A DNA stretch of 64,000 bases from Octopus sinensis (lineage: Eukaryota), in assembly GCF_006345805.1 (NCBI RefSeq), contig NW_021833026.1, forward strand, positions 682,001 to 746,000, read 5' to 3'. Each line of letters opens with the position of its first letter. Position 1 is the first letter of the stretch. The position numbers and the translations under genes were made by a program. The notes under the pieces were generated by a model that was not told where the DNA came from, ran no database searches, and worked only from the letters and a program-made list of their open reading frames with translations. Of the stretch, positions 1 to 12,380 are shown one piece after another.

Positions 1-592
1 AATGGTCTCTGAATTCCGTAGGAAACTTCTCGACAACCTTGATGAGACGGTCGAAATAGAATTGGACGAGTTTGGACGTCCAAGGTCAGAATCTGATAAT
101 TTACAATTTAGTACTAAAGGGAGTCACCAGTTGGCTGTAGCCACCAACAAGAGGAATGAAATGCTCAGAGACGCATTCGGACTTGACGAGTCATATGATC
201 GAATATCTTCTTTGTCGAGAATTCCTTTCAAGAAGAAGGGAGAGATCGAGTCTGCGAAGGTCGATGTCAATCCCCCTCAGGCGATTATTTCGAATGAGGA
301 ATTGGAGCGGCAAAAACTTAAAGAGCTTAAAAAGTCTAAGAAACTGGAGAAAAAGGCACTGAAATTGGAAAAGAAGGAAAAACGGAAGGCGGAGAAGGAA
401 AAAGCGAGAAAGTCCAAGTTTGGACTAAAAAAATATTTTTAGGAGGAGAGGAAGAGATTCTGAGGAGAGCAGTGAGTGCAGTTGTAGTGACTGCGATGTG
501 AGGTGAGTGTAGAATTTGTTGTTATTGGTAGTAAGAAGATCAAGCGTGAGGATCCATCGCCTCGGCGTTACAAAAGTCTAGACGTTGATTGA
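1..592 (+). CDS. SRRM2: SRRM2/Cwc21 (SRm300) homolog, 3' part; the 5' end lies outside the window
   Basis: VSEFRRKLL...GRP(STKG)SHQLAVATNKRNEMLRDAFGLDESY matches the SRRM2 N-terminal region (KVATFRLMLL...GQRPAVTETHQLAELNEKKNERLRAAFGISDSY). Predicted GT-AG introns are 85-111 (27 nt), 418-442 (25 nt) and 503-531 (29 nt). Stop is TGA 590-592, or TGA 504-506 if the last intron is not used. Confidence 0.75.
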
Positions 593-1290
593 CTAATAAT
601 TTGTGTCTTTTATTCCTTTTGTTTATTCTAACTGTTTAATATGAACATTCGTCTTATTTGGGAAGCGCTAATAAAATTATATGGAATTTTGTTTTTATAC
701 AGAACAAGATTTTTATTTTCTATTTTTGAAAATCTTTTTTAAGTACAGTATTCTGCAGTTACTATAAAAAAACATTTAGGATGTTTTATGAGCTTAAATC
801 AATATATGCTAAAATACCACGTCATCTTCAAAGTGGTGTGTTACAATTATTAAATAAACTAATTAAGTAGCCTTCGAGTGAACAAGGGGGAACACTTCAA
901 ATATCTTTCTCATCCTTTCTTTCTCTTTTCTGGCTCTATAAATTTCGAAAAGTTGCAGTCATGGGTCTCTTGTCGACTAAATTATAAGAAAAAGTGGATC
1001 GGTGAGCATTAAGCGAGATAAACAGAAGATTTTTTGTTGTTAAATAAACGCATTAATTTATTATTGATAAAAACGTAAGTTCTGTATAAAATGTTTATCA
1101 ATCTTCTATTAATTTCCAAGCCAATAAGGTCCACATTCACTATCAGGTTTTCTCTGGGCCTGACATGAAAAAAGATTAGTCATCACAGTACGAGGTTGTC
1201 TCATTTCTAGTATATCGTTCATATGCCATTCATATCTACAAATAGAAATATAAATAATACTTTATAATTGAATTTATTAACAAAATACTT

Positions 1291-2337
1291 TTATTGTGTA
1301 CATCTCTTGAGAGACTGACGATTGTACCGATACTGGACACATAAAGATGAATGTTATTTAAAATTAGACGAAATGGGGGACTGTTAGCTTGCCCTTTTGT
1401 CAAAACTAATTTCAAGTTTATTTAACTTGCCTTAACTTGTTTTATGAAATTCTGAAACAAAACCGACGTCTTTTGGATGGACAGATTGATAAAGAGACCG
1501 GTTCATTAGAGAATTGGCGGAAACTCCACTTAAATCATTAATCCTTAAGAATAAAAAACTTTTCAAAAACCGGGAATCGACAAAACTAACAGTAAGATCG
1601 CCCTCTGTTCGAAATATAAACGAATTTGCGGAAATGACGTGGAAGTTTGACCATGGTGAAATAATAAAATTCCCTGTCATTACTATGACACTTCTCATGT
1701 TGTGATTTTGGTGCATTTTCATATTACATTGAACTACCTTGACATTTTACTTTAATAGATTATACCTTGCAGTTCTCAAATGTAAGTCCAGCAATTCTTT
1801 TAGGAAGAGTTGTCTTGATTCGGAAAATTACTTGCTGTCTTGTATATAATCCAGTGTAGCTCAAAGGGATTTGACAATTTTTTAAACATCTTTTGAATTC
1901 TTCAGAATCTTTGTATAAAATGTAAGAATTAAAATTAGTTCCGACAATCTCTTGCTACAAAATTTTATAAAAAGGAACTATAAACCTGATTTATTCCTAT
2001 ATAATCGCCAATAGAAGGAGAAATGTACAAAACTTTTCCTTCTTTGTTCATGATTGTAAAAAAACCGTTCATTTCCTAAAAATTAAATAAAAAATGACAA
2101 TACGCAAATTCCAGTATTTTGACGTGGCTGATCAATTTGATGAACATCTGTCGAGTGAATGGCTGAATATCCTTTGAATATTTGCTTCAACTCAACAAAG
2201 GCTGAGAGAAGTCTTAGTAAAGATGCTTTGTCGAGATTTTTAGTAATTGAATCAGAAATGGGAATTTTTTCTGCAATTTGAACAAAAGCCTGATTTTCCT
2301 TCCGCCTTCGTATTTTTGCCGTATTTTCATGCTCCAT
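1291..2337 (-). CDS. sim: bHLH-PAS transcription factor, single-minded-like, with no C-terminal tail
   Basis: bHLH: TAKIRRRKENQAF..IAEKIPISDSITKNLDKASLLRL. PAS-A: NGFFTIMNKEGKVLYIS, and KTTLPKRIAGLTFENCKVVQC, which matches Sim KCVLAKRNAGLT. PAS-B: FIFRTEGDLTVSFVDSR..LYQSVHPKD..TKGQ. Introns are 27-31 nt. Stop TAA at 1293-1291. Confidence 0.8.
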
Positions 2338-3819
2338 GCAAAACTAAAAATTTTGTTTGTCTCAAAGATCATTAAAATATAACTAAAACTAAACATTTGA
2401 GCAAAACGTGACATTTTAAAGTCAATGACATTATTTTGGACTAAATTCTGCTATCATTTACTCAAGTGGTAGTTAAATGTGACCATTGAGTGACAAGCAG
2501 TAGTAAATATGGATCTTTGACAGATTTATTAACCTTATCACATAAGTCATTAGCCAGCAAAAACACATGTTTAATTACTATTATTAAAAACTTGCAAAAA
2601 CTGCCATTGAAGTTACATTAATATGATTGTAAACAGCGATTAAGCACAGGCACAATTATATGTTTAGCGCGTTCGACAATTAGCGGGTAATCGAAACGTG
2701 GAATAGTCAGATAATTTGAGACGTTGAGATATTTTTTGTCATTTAACACGTACATTAATTTTTGAGATAGATTCTGCACAACTCGCATGCAAATGTCGAT
2801 TTTTAAGTGCAAACTTAGTAACAGGTTTTCTTTTCGAATTATTTTACTTTTATCTTTTAAATATCAAAGTATTGTGCGAGTAAGGGCACAATATGCCAGA
2901 CTGGGAGCATATGGAGTGTCCGTCTCATTTTAAAAACATCAAAATAATAATTTTTTGGATTGGTTTAATTTTAATTTCTTATTCTGTCGTCGTTTCTCAT
3001 TAATTAACTTGATTTAAAATTTTTCTAAACTTGAAATATCAGTTATTCAAATATTCTTATACAATTAATTTATTTCAAAATTGGAAATTAAATTGTCTTA
3101 ATGTAAATCTTGAAACTCTATAGTTTTCGAACTCATTTTAGTTTGAATCGTCTTCTATCCGTTAACATTAAAATGAACAAATGAATCTACTCTAAAATAT
3201 ACCTAAAGTATTTTCAAATAATTAAAGTGTGACTAGTGTCAATCATTAATATGTAGATTAGTATATTTGATACCTACGAATTGGGTTAAGACCTAGCGCA
3301 GAATTATAATTCAAAATTTTTAATTATGACAATAATCAATATTTATAATCATTTTCAGATTTCCCCTGCGCCGAACGGATGAGTCGCCGAGCGGATGGAC
3401 AGACAATTTCCACAGAAAGTTCAAATAACAAAAATCTTTTTGATATTTAAGTATAAAAAGTAGTTTAAAATATGATTTTTTAATTTTATTTAGAATATTA
3501 AAATACAAATCTCTTTAATATTAGAAACAATTTTTACAGTTTTTTAATTTATGAGATTATCGTAAATGACCTATAACAAAAAATCGAGAAAATAAGGATG
3601 AATAAAACACTACTATTACATAAAACAAACAAATTGTTTATAAAAACATTTTCAATGAATAACTTCATAGAATTAGAATAAGCATTGATAGGATATTGTT
3701 GCAACAAACATAGAAAACGAAATGTGCACTATATTTGGCAGTTCATAAAAATGAAAGTATAAAAATTTATATTCGCATGTAATTTGGGTTATATCTAAAT
3801 GAAAATTCGGGCTCAAAAT

Positions 3820-4400
3820 CTGTCAGGCGGAACTGTGGACGAGTTCGGGCTACATCCTCTCTCCTGCGCCCGCAGTGCAGGCCGCGCTCCTCGCCACGGT
3901 GAACTAAACGACATCGTGAAGAGTTCCCTCAAAGCCGCCGGGGTGCCGTCCGTCCTCGAACCGGTCGGTTTGGACAGAAGTGACGGCAAACGCCCTGACG
4001 GCTTAACTACATTCCCATTTGAGCAGGGAAAATCCTTTATATGGAATTCCACTTGCTGTGACACATTCTCCAACGGGAACCTAGCCAGGGCCTGTCGACC
4101 CAGGCTTTGCTTCCAATCGCGCTGAAGATTTCAAAATCCTGAAATACGGTCACCTTTCCAGCTTCATTTTCACGCCCATTGCCGCTGAGACCTCTGGTGT
4201 CTTTGACCGCAAGTCGCTTTGTTTCCTACGCGGTTTGGGGAGAAAAATCGCCAAAAAAAGGGACAACCCGAGAGAGTTCTTTTGGCTTCTTCAACGCCTC
4301 TCCATTGCTGTAATCCGCGGCAACTACTTCGCAATTCGTGAGGCTGGGAGGGCGCCCTAACTTGCGTAGTCTTAAAGAATCCTTCCCCTTTTCTAACTGT
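3820..4400 (+). mobile_element. 5'-truncated CRE-like non-LTR retrotransposon (zinc knuckle plus RLE endonuclease)
   Basis: DEFGLHPLSC..GRAPRHGELNDIV..EPVGL..DGKRPDGLT..WNSTCCDTF, then after a frameshift AEDFKILKY..FTPIAAETSG..LQRLSIAVIRGN, stop at 4358-4360. GC-rich island in AT-rich flanks, no introns. Confidence 0.8.
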
Positions 4401-4596
4401 CTTTTAATAAAAAGAGTATGTTCTGAAAAAAATTTTAATGAAAAACAAATAAAAATGAGTAGCTTAAGATGGTAGTTAAAAAAACTCAACAAAAATAATT
4501 AATTAAATAATAATATAAAGTTAAAGTAAATTTGTGTTATTAATTATTTACTGGAAAATCAAAATTATTTAAATAGTTTAATAAAATATCATATCA

Positions 4597-6340
4597 ATGA
4601 TGCGTCGTCAAATCTCGCATATTCTTAAACGTGCATTATCATCCGAATCAGACAACCTATCTTTCAATGAAATGGTCATGAAATATACACAGAATGCAGT
4701 TAAGATACTCGAACCATCCCTTGCCAACTACCTCCCTCGTAATATTTATAAAGTATATTTTAGCAAAAATGGATTCTGACGAGAAAAAAAGGATCATAAG
4801 TGGCATTTTAGAGAACATAATCCCCACCCACGCCACACTTAAAGTCAACTTTCCCGTAAAAATGGACGACGGCCGAATCAAAACTCTCACCGGATGGCGA
4901 GCCCAGCACTCAAACCACAGGCGACCAGTGAAGGGAGGTTCTCTTCAAATCTGTAAGTGTAGGCGTGAGATATTCTATTCACGTCAACGAGGACGAAGTC
5001 AACGCTCTGGCAACTCTCATGACCTTCAAATGTGCTGCCGTTGATGTTCCCTTTGGAGGGGCAAAGGGAGGAGTTAAAATTGATCCTTCAAAATGTTCGG
5101 AAAACGAATTAGAAAGAATAACCCGTCGATATACACTCGAGATTGTCAAAAAAAACTTTATGGGTCTATTTTAATCTGGTAATACCGTAGGACCGGCAAT
5201 CGATGTCTTAGCTCCAGACGTGGGGACAAATGCTCGGATTATGGCTTGGATGTCCGACACATACCAAAACACCGTCGGTAACCGTCAAATCACCATGTTA
5301 GGACACACTGACTTATATTCCCGTGCGTGTGTTACCGGAAAGCCTATTCCACAAGGGGGTATTCACGGAAGAGTCTCTGCCACAGGGAAAGGGTTGGTGA
5401 TCGCCACCAAGATGTTTATGAATAACTCTCAGTTCACCCAATCCGTCGGGATCAGTCCCGGACTCAGAGGGAAGACCTTTATAATCCAAGTGGAGGAGGG
5501 TGACTCATTTTTAGGGTTTCGGAAACGTGGGGTTACATGCGATGAGATATATGACGAGAGAAGGGGCAATGTGTATTGGAGTGATGGAACACGATGTCTC
5601 CCTTTACAACCCTTCAGGGATTGATCCACGGGAATTAGAAGATTACATGCTGGTATGAAGTAATATTGAATTTGCAGGAAAATAAATCGTTAAAAGGGTA
5701 TCCAAAGGCAAGAGAGTATTCGGGTGATTTATTCACTGAGCAGTGCGATATTCTTATTCCATGTGCGCTCGAAAGGCAAATCACAATGAAAAACGCTCCG
5801 TTCATAAAGGCTAAGGTTATTGTGGAAGGAGCTAATGGACCCACCACCGTGGCAGCCGACATGCATTTGAAATCGCGGAATGTTCTGACAATTCCTGATG
5901 TGTTGGCTAACAGTGGAGGAGTCATCGTTTCTTATTTTGAATTCCTTAAAAATCTTAATCACGTCAGTTTTGGTCGACTGTATTTCAAATATGAGAGAGA
6001 GTCCAATTATAATCTGTTGGGTATATTTTTTCTGTCATTTCAGCATCTGTGGCTGACTCTTTGAACATGTACAAGCAAAGTGGACAGGAGGATTACGTAA
6101 TCCAGCCGAACGAAGCATTCTTGAAAAAGATTGAGGGTGCCAGTGAAAAGGATATTGTCAATTCTGGATTGGAGTATACCATGGAGCGTTCTGCGAATGT
6201 ATTTTGTGTTTTTCAGCCTTAAGAAAATTATGGCTTCGAGTAACAAGTTCAACCTTGGAGTTGATTTGAGGACTTCCTGCTACGTGAATTCTCTAGAAAA
6301 AATATCGAGGGAATTTATAATGTCCGGAATAGTTCAATAG
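4597..6340 (+). CDS. GLUD1: Mitochondrial glutamate dehydrogenase
   Basis: Motifs [76 protein letters not shown]. Eight introns restore the frame: 4739-4763, 4938-4962, 5164-5190, 5278-5301, 5490-5514, 5653-5677, 6021-6043, 6199-6223 (23-27 nt). Confidence 0.97.
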
Positions 6341-7163
6341 TGGGGTAATCTTCTACTAATCTGTGTTTTAATCGCTTTTAATTCGATTATTCGGCATTTT
6401 TGTTGGTTAGTTGCTACATGATTTCTAGGCTAGTTATTGTTTCTCGTGTTAAATTGCCCATGTGGCTGCGGTAAATTGATTTTTAAAAAGATTTGATAAC
6501 TTTATATTTAATTTTTTTATATGCAGGTCGAAAAATTGGGTGTGACATAAATCAATATTTTCTTGTTATCCTTATTAATTTTCTATAAGAAGAGATTACG
6601 ATGGTTTCAGGAAATTGTTTTTAACTAACATTCAATTTCAATTATTTGCTTGGATTCTGTTTTTGATAAAAATTACTAAGGTTATTAAAAAAGTTTGTCA
6701 CAGGTCAAACTTTTTTTTGGTTAGCAGAAAAAATAATACTGTTTTTTTAAAAAAGTCATTCTTTATTTTCATTAGATCGACTAAAGTTTAAAGGGTCTTA
6801 ACAAAATTTTTAATTAATCTTGAAATGGTTTTTTTAGTGTCAAGCTGATGTTATTTTTCTTAGTAATTTTCACAGTTATTTAAAATATGAGCAAGTGTCA
6901 TCATTTTTGGCTGATCAGTTAAACTAATTTTATCGTCTGCAAGATCTTGACATACGTCACTGCTGAAAATGTTCACAGAAGGTACATATACATAATAAAA
7001 AGAGAACTTAGATCCAAAAATTACAAAATAAAAAATTAAGATGTGATCAATAACCCATATCTTTTATTTCTTATTAAAGTGAAATGTAGTAAAAATGAGA
7101 AGACCTGGAATCAACTGATGGAAATATATTTCTAGTCCAGGAATTGTTCTAATTTTTTTGGTG

Positions 7164-7333
7164 TTAATCCCATTTAGTTTGCTATTAATTTCATATTGTT
7201 AGATATTAATCCCACTCAGTTTTCTGTTAATTCCATTTAGTTTTTTATTAATTTCACTTAGTTTTCTATCGATTCCAGTTAGTTTTCTAATGATTTCACT
7301 TAGCTTGATTGGTTGGTGTTAATCCCACGTAGT
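7164..7333 (-). repeat. Degenerate 21-bp tandem array (about 8 units) that translates as heptads
   Basis: Plus-strand units such as ttaatcccatttagtttgcta, ttaatttcacttagttttcta and tcgattccagttagttttcta. The minus strand reads KLSEIIR-KLTGIDR-KLSEINK-KLNGINR-KLSGINI-*QYEINS-KLNGINT. Confidence 0.75.
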
Positions 7334-7861
7334 ATGGGAAATAGTATAGTACTTTATTACGGGCAGAAACTAAAAAACAAAAATCCCCCGGATCACAAGT
7401 GCAATTTTTGGTAGTGAGAATTTCAATTTGTAGAAAGCACATGAAAAACATCAAATACGTAATAAACACGGAAACACTTTCACTTTAAGAAATTTACATC
7501 AATCAAAACAAAAGAATAGAACAATAGACAAAATTACAAAACCTTCTCCAAAAACAAGAGACTTTTTATTTATCTTCTAAATCAGGAATCTGCAAATACT
7601 TTTGGAAAGAAGCCAATTTTTGAAATTGTTTAAAATTTCGAAAAATTAAAGAGCCACCCTTTATCACTTGTCCAGATCAAAAATTCCATTAAAAAATCAA
7701 ATTAATTATTTTTATTGATTCCTCCTTTCTTTGAAGAGTAGTCTGATCTGTGTCGTAACTAGTCAATTTTAATCTGAAGTTTGATCATCGATTCAAGTTT
7801 GTTATTTTTTTCTTAATTTGGATTTGATATAATTTATGTGCTAAAATTTTGTTCACATATA

Positions 7862-8100
7862 TAAGTGGACAGTGTTTAGGTCTTGGGCTTTAGTGACTCA
7901 GGTCCTGGGTTCGAGTCTGGTCGCTGTTTATCCAGTTGAAGCTTCCACGCATCTACAATAGGAAAAGATTTGATGAGGGACGGCGTCATCAGTGAACACT
8001 CACTGCGGAACCGGAGCGTCCATCATGGACAAGAAGTACACGGAAAAAAAGGAAAGACAGATGAAGATTGTTCCGTGGCTCTACCTACGATTAGTTAGAA
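7862..8100 (+). mobile_element. Probable tRNA-derived SINE
   Basis: B-box GGTTCGAGTC at 7908-7917 with an A-box-like TGGACAGTGTTTAG at 7866. A GC-richer non-coding body follows, and I found no complete cloverleaf. Confidence 0.4.
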
Positions 8101-8575
8101 TTAATTTCTCTTCACTTAAAATAAAAGCGTGTGTCCCGCCAATTCCGAGCAAAGTACTGTGACCCGGCAAAAAATAAATAGTCAAAACTCCATATGCAAT
8201 TTTTTAATTCATAAAAAGAATCCAGAGAGAGAACATAATTCATTAAATGTCATGTCCAAAAGTTGCATTTCGAACTTAACTTCATTAATTTCAATTGACG
8301 ATAAATTTAAAATGCTAAAATCCTAAATGAATATTTAGACATTTACATTGAGCCTATTTTTGAAAATTTTTCTCACATACGAAAGAGAATTTATAAAAAT
8401 AATCGATTGAAAACGTGCCCTTTCGAGAACCAACAAACTTTGTTGTACTGGAAAAGATCAATATACTCATTGGTCATTTCTTTTAACAAATCTTTAAATA
8501 GTTAATGGTTAAGTTATATATAATAATATATTATTTTTGATACAATAATGCCTGTCTGTTTGAATCTAAAATTAT

Positions 8576-9582
8576 AGAGTTTTCCGAGCTTTAACGCCGA
8601 AAGCGCAGGCATCATCGTTAATTCATTAATATTAGCGTTGAAGCTTTAAGCATTAACGTTTAAACGCAAAAATTAACGTTTTCATGGAAATTCTGTGTTA
8701 GAGTAAAAGCTATACAAACAAAAATGAAATAAAAAAAACGTTTCAACAAACAAACTAATTGTTGAACATTCAATGGCACCGTTCATTTGCCGAACTGTAC
8801 TTCACATTTTAAAAATAAAACATATTATTTTAAATGATAATGACTTAAAGATATAGTTTTTTGGGAAAATTTGTAAAATTGGAAATGTGGTCTGGCAAAT
8901 TGCGGATCCAACAAATGGACGGTGACATTCAAATAATGGAAAATTTAATAAAAAAGTCAGTGATTATCTAAATATGCCTAAATCTACAATAAGGCGAATA
9001 CTTGAAGAAAATCTGGAGATGTTAAGTGCAAACCCCGTGGTGAAGATTATTCATCTAAATTAAATGAGTTAAACAAGAAATACATTATTAGTTTGGTTGA
9101 TGATAATCAATTATTGGCAACTACCAAGTTAAAAGACATGCTGTTTTCTGAATATGTAATGAATAAATAGAGAATCATTTTCTACAAAATTTGTAATTTT
9201 TCCTTAAATGGGGAAACTGATGCTCGGATACACCATTATAAAGGATTAAATAGAGTGATTCCAAATTTTAATCTCGAATATTAACCATCCTACTTTCCTT
9301 TCTTAAATCCAAAAGAAAATATATTTTCTGTATAAAAGCATTTTGTAATTTCTGAAAATATCAACAATTAATTGAAAAATAGCATGTATTACTAAAAATG
9401 ACTGAAATAATTATTGATCATTGCGACTTTTTAATCTCAAAATGCTCAAACATATTCATATTCCCTTTCCCGAGCAGAAAATAAAAATTAACGAATAACG
9501 ATCTTAATTATTTAAAAATGTTGTTTTGATTTCCCAAAAACGCCAATGCTTGCGCTTTCGACACGAAAGGTCAGAAACTCTA
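8576..9582 (+). mobile_element. Decayed IS630/Tc1-superfamily DNA transposon with imperfect TIRs of about 40 bp
   Basis: Left TAGAGTTTCCGAGCTTTAACGCCGAAAGCGCAGGCAT versus the reverse complement of the right end TAGAGTTTCTGACCTTTCGTGTCGAAAGCGCAAGCAT, flanked by TA. Internal remnants include YLNMPKSTIRRIL (HTH) and PSYFPFLNPKENIFS (cf. PPYSPxLNPIE). Confidence 0.7.
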
Positions 9583-9802
9583 TATTATTTAGATATCCTC
9601 AAAAACACAGTTTAAAAATCATATTAATTACTTTCATTGTATTGATGGAAAATATTGATGGAAATTTCATTGTATTGATGCATAATTAAGTCGATATTTA
9701 CCCAAAACCTTAACTTTATAAAATATTAAAAGAAGATTAATGTCAAAACTAAAGAGAAAAGAAGGGTAAGGTATTAGACTGTTAGTTAGTATGAGCCAAC
9801 GA

Positions 9803-11620
9803 TTAAACAGCAGAATACGTTGCCAGGAATTCTGACACAACCTTAGCCAACTTTCCATCAGTTTCTTCCGTTAACTTACCCTCAGTTCGGATTGTATTAA
9901 GCAAATCCTTCTGACTGCTACGAAGATATGCGAGGAAAGCCTTCTCGTATTCTGTAATACTAGCAGGATCCATCTTATCCAGATATCCACGAACACCCGA
10001 ATAAATAACCGCAACCTGCTCCTCAATTGGCATAGGAACTATCATTAAATACATCCAGCACACCATATTGGCCTTGTTTTAGAAGCTCTGTCAGCCGAAC
10101 ACCTCGGTTTAACAAATTTTGAGTTGAAACGTCGAGATCCGATCCAAATTGAGCAAAAGCAGCGACCTCTCGGTATTGAGCCAATTCAAGCTTCATTGAG
10201 CCAGCCACTTGTCTCATTGATTTCATTTGAGCCGCCGATCCAACGCGAGACACAGAAAGACCAACGTTGATGGCCGGTCTGATTCCACGATAAAATAGTT
10301 CAGACTCCAAAAAAATTTGACCGTCTGTGATAGAAATAACATTTGTTGGAATGTAGGCTGACACGTCACCGGCTTGGGTCTCAATAATCGGCAAGGCAGT
10401 CAAAGACCCTCCTCCAAACGAATTATTCAATTTTGCCGCACGTTCGAGCAATCGTGAGTGAAGATAAAACACATCTCCCGGATATGCCTCTCTCCCAGGC
10501 GGTCTTCTCAAAAGAAGAGACATTTGACGGTAAGCCACCGCCTAAAACTCATAAAACAAACAAACATGTTTCGAAAGATCATCATATATAATAAGTGCAT
10601 GCTTTCCATTATCACGGAAATAATCTCCCATGGCACAGCCAGAATAAGGAGCAAGATACTGGAGAGGAGCAGCATCTGAGGCAGTTGCGGATACAAAAGC
10701 AGTGTATTTAAGAGCGTCTAACCGTAATCACTACACACCAACCGGCATCCCTAAGTCTCTTGACCAACTGAGCCACCGTCGATCGTTTCTGGCCAATGGC
10801 AACATAAATGCAATATAATTTATTCTTTTCATCAGCCGCGTCGTTGAATCTCTTTTGATTTATAATCGTATCAATAGCCAGTGCTGTTTTTCTACCAAAT
10901 CACGTTATTTCAGCAAACCCGGTTTGTCTATCACCAATAATCAACTCTCGCTGTCCACGGCCAATTGGTACAAGCGAGTCCACTGCTTTGATTCCCGTCT
11001 GCATTGGCTGGGAGACAGAAATCCTGGGAATAATTCCCGGGGCTTTTGTATTCACTCGGACTCTACTTGACCCACCAATCGGTCCCTAATTGGAGAATTC
11101 GTTGTTTTTGAATATACAAGTCCGTCTATCGGATTTCCGAGAGCGTCGACTATTCTTCCAAGCATTTCCATGCCAACAGGGACATCCACGATGGCTCCTG
11201 TTCGTTTAACAACGTCCCCTTGTTTGATTAGTTTGTCATTTCCAAAGACTACTGCTCCGACGTTGTCAGATTCCAGATTGAAGGCCATTCCCTAGCAATG
11301 ATAAGCCAAAAGAGATCCCTACTTTGATACCGCTGGAGAATTCTATCATCTCGTCTGATTGACAGTTATTCAATCCGGATATTCTGGCGATTCCGTCCCC
11401 TACGGACAAAACTCGTCCAGTCTCCTCTAAGTTGGCTCCCACGGAATGGCCGAGAATCCTCTTTTCCATGATTTCCAATACTTCTGATGAGCCAGCGGAA
11501 GAAGCATAGCGGAGCTGATTTAAGTGATAACATTGTCTGAACGATAACTAATTTTTAATTTATTTTTTATTTAATTGGCACTTTTATAGCATTCGAAACT
11601 AATGACACAAATGCGACCAT
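9803..11620 (-). CDS. ATP5F1A: ATP synthase F1 subunit alpha, mitochondrial
   Basis: [68 protein letters not shown]. Presequence [13 protein letters not shown]|[17 protein letters not shown]. Introns are 24-34 nt. Confidence 0.98.
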
Positions 11621-11769
11621 CAAAGCACCTCGCTGAAATTAATGATTCTGATTATTTAAAACAATAAATTAATTTAGAATTATCAATCTTTTAAACTAAA
11701 TCACTTTATTATACTTTATAATTATAGATCATTCAAAAATAAAATCACTTTTTTTTCATATTAATGAGA

Positions 11770-12040
11770 AAAGATTGCACCGAAAAAACTCGGGAAATGC
11801 TTTCTATGAACAAAAAAGCATGAACAAGACTGACATTGTTGATGTACAAACTTATGGAAACATGGAGACTGTTGAAGAAGTTTGATTCATTGCTTGGAGA
11901 TCGGAAGGACATCATGCTTAGAAATAAACTGGTCCCTTTTGCTCAAAATTCGTCATGAAGGCTTGGTTACGATATTGTCCTATGCATTCACCACTACGTT
12001 GTAGCAATCTAAATGCTTTTGTTAACCCCGTTTTACTGTA
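11770..12040 (+). mobile_element. Possible Tigger/pogo right-end remnant
   Basis: Ends in GTTAACCCCGTTTTACTG-TA, the reverse complement of the CAGTAAAAC-type TIR also seen at 54467. The 5' boundary is uncertain. Confidence 0.35.
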
Positions 12041-12054
12041 CAATTCATCTACAT

Positions 12055-12380
12055 CAGTGTTTCTCAAACTAGGGTTGAAGATCTTCCTTCTGAAAACTGT
12101 ATAATTTAGGAAGAATTTACGACATGAAAAATGGTGAATGTGCATAACAAGTTTTCACTGAAGTGGCTTATTCTATTCAGAATTGGCAAAAATGGCACTT
12201 AAAGTACTTATTCCATGTGGAAACATATGAGTGTGAGACAGCATTTTCAGTACTACTTACCATCAAATCAAAATTCCGAAATAAATTATATGTGTCAAAT
12301 GACACGAGGGTTGCATTGTTTAAAACATAGTCCGATTTAGAAAAACGAGTGATGAGCAAACAAGTTCATCCATCTCATTA
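12055..12380 (+). mobile_element. hAT (Buster/ZBED5-like) fragment
   Basis: TIR-like CAGTGTTTCTCAAAC at 12055. Degenerate C-terminus ELAKMALKVLIP..TYECETAFSVLLTIKSKFRNKL..KQVHPSH*. No right TIR found. Confidence 0.7.

Noticed and set aside
2420-3010. Possible small gene upstream of sim
   Set aside because: I could not build a consistent spliced ORF or recognise a motif.
3378-3396. GC-rich 16-17 nt match to 41995-42011 (GAGTCGCCGAG.CGGAT)
   Set aside because: Too short to separate from chance. At most it is a tiny CRE-like remnant.
10560-10575. LSKH instead of LSKQ in ATP synthase alpha
   Set aside because: His at this position occurs in other alpha subunits as far as I recall, and it lies at a splice junction. 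It is not evidence of anything unusual.
4597-11620. Ciliate origin or alternative genetic code, suggested by ~25-nt introns
   Set aside because: TAA and TAG end proteins at conserved C-termini and do not occur within reconstructed exons. The gene content is animal.
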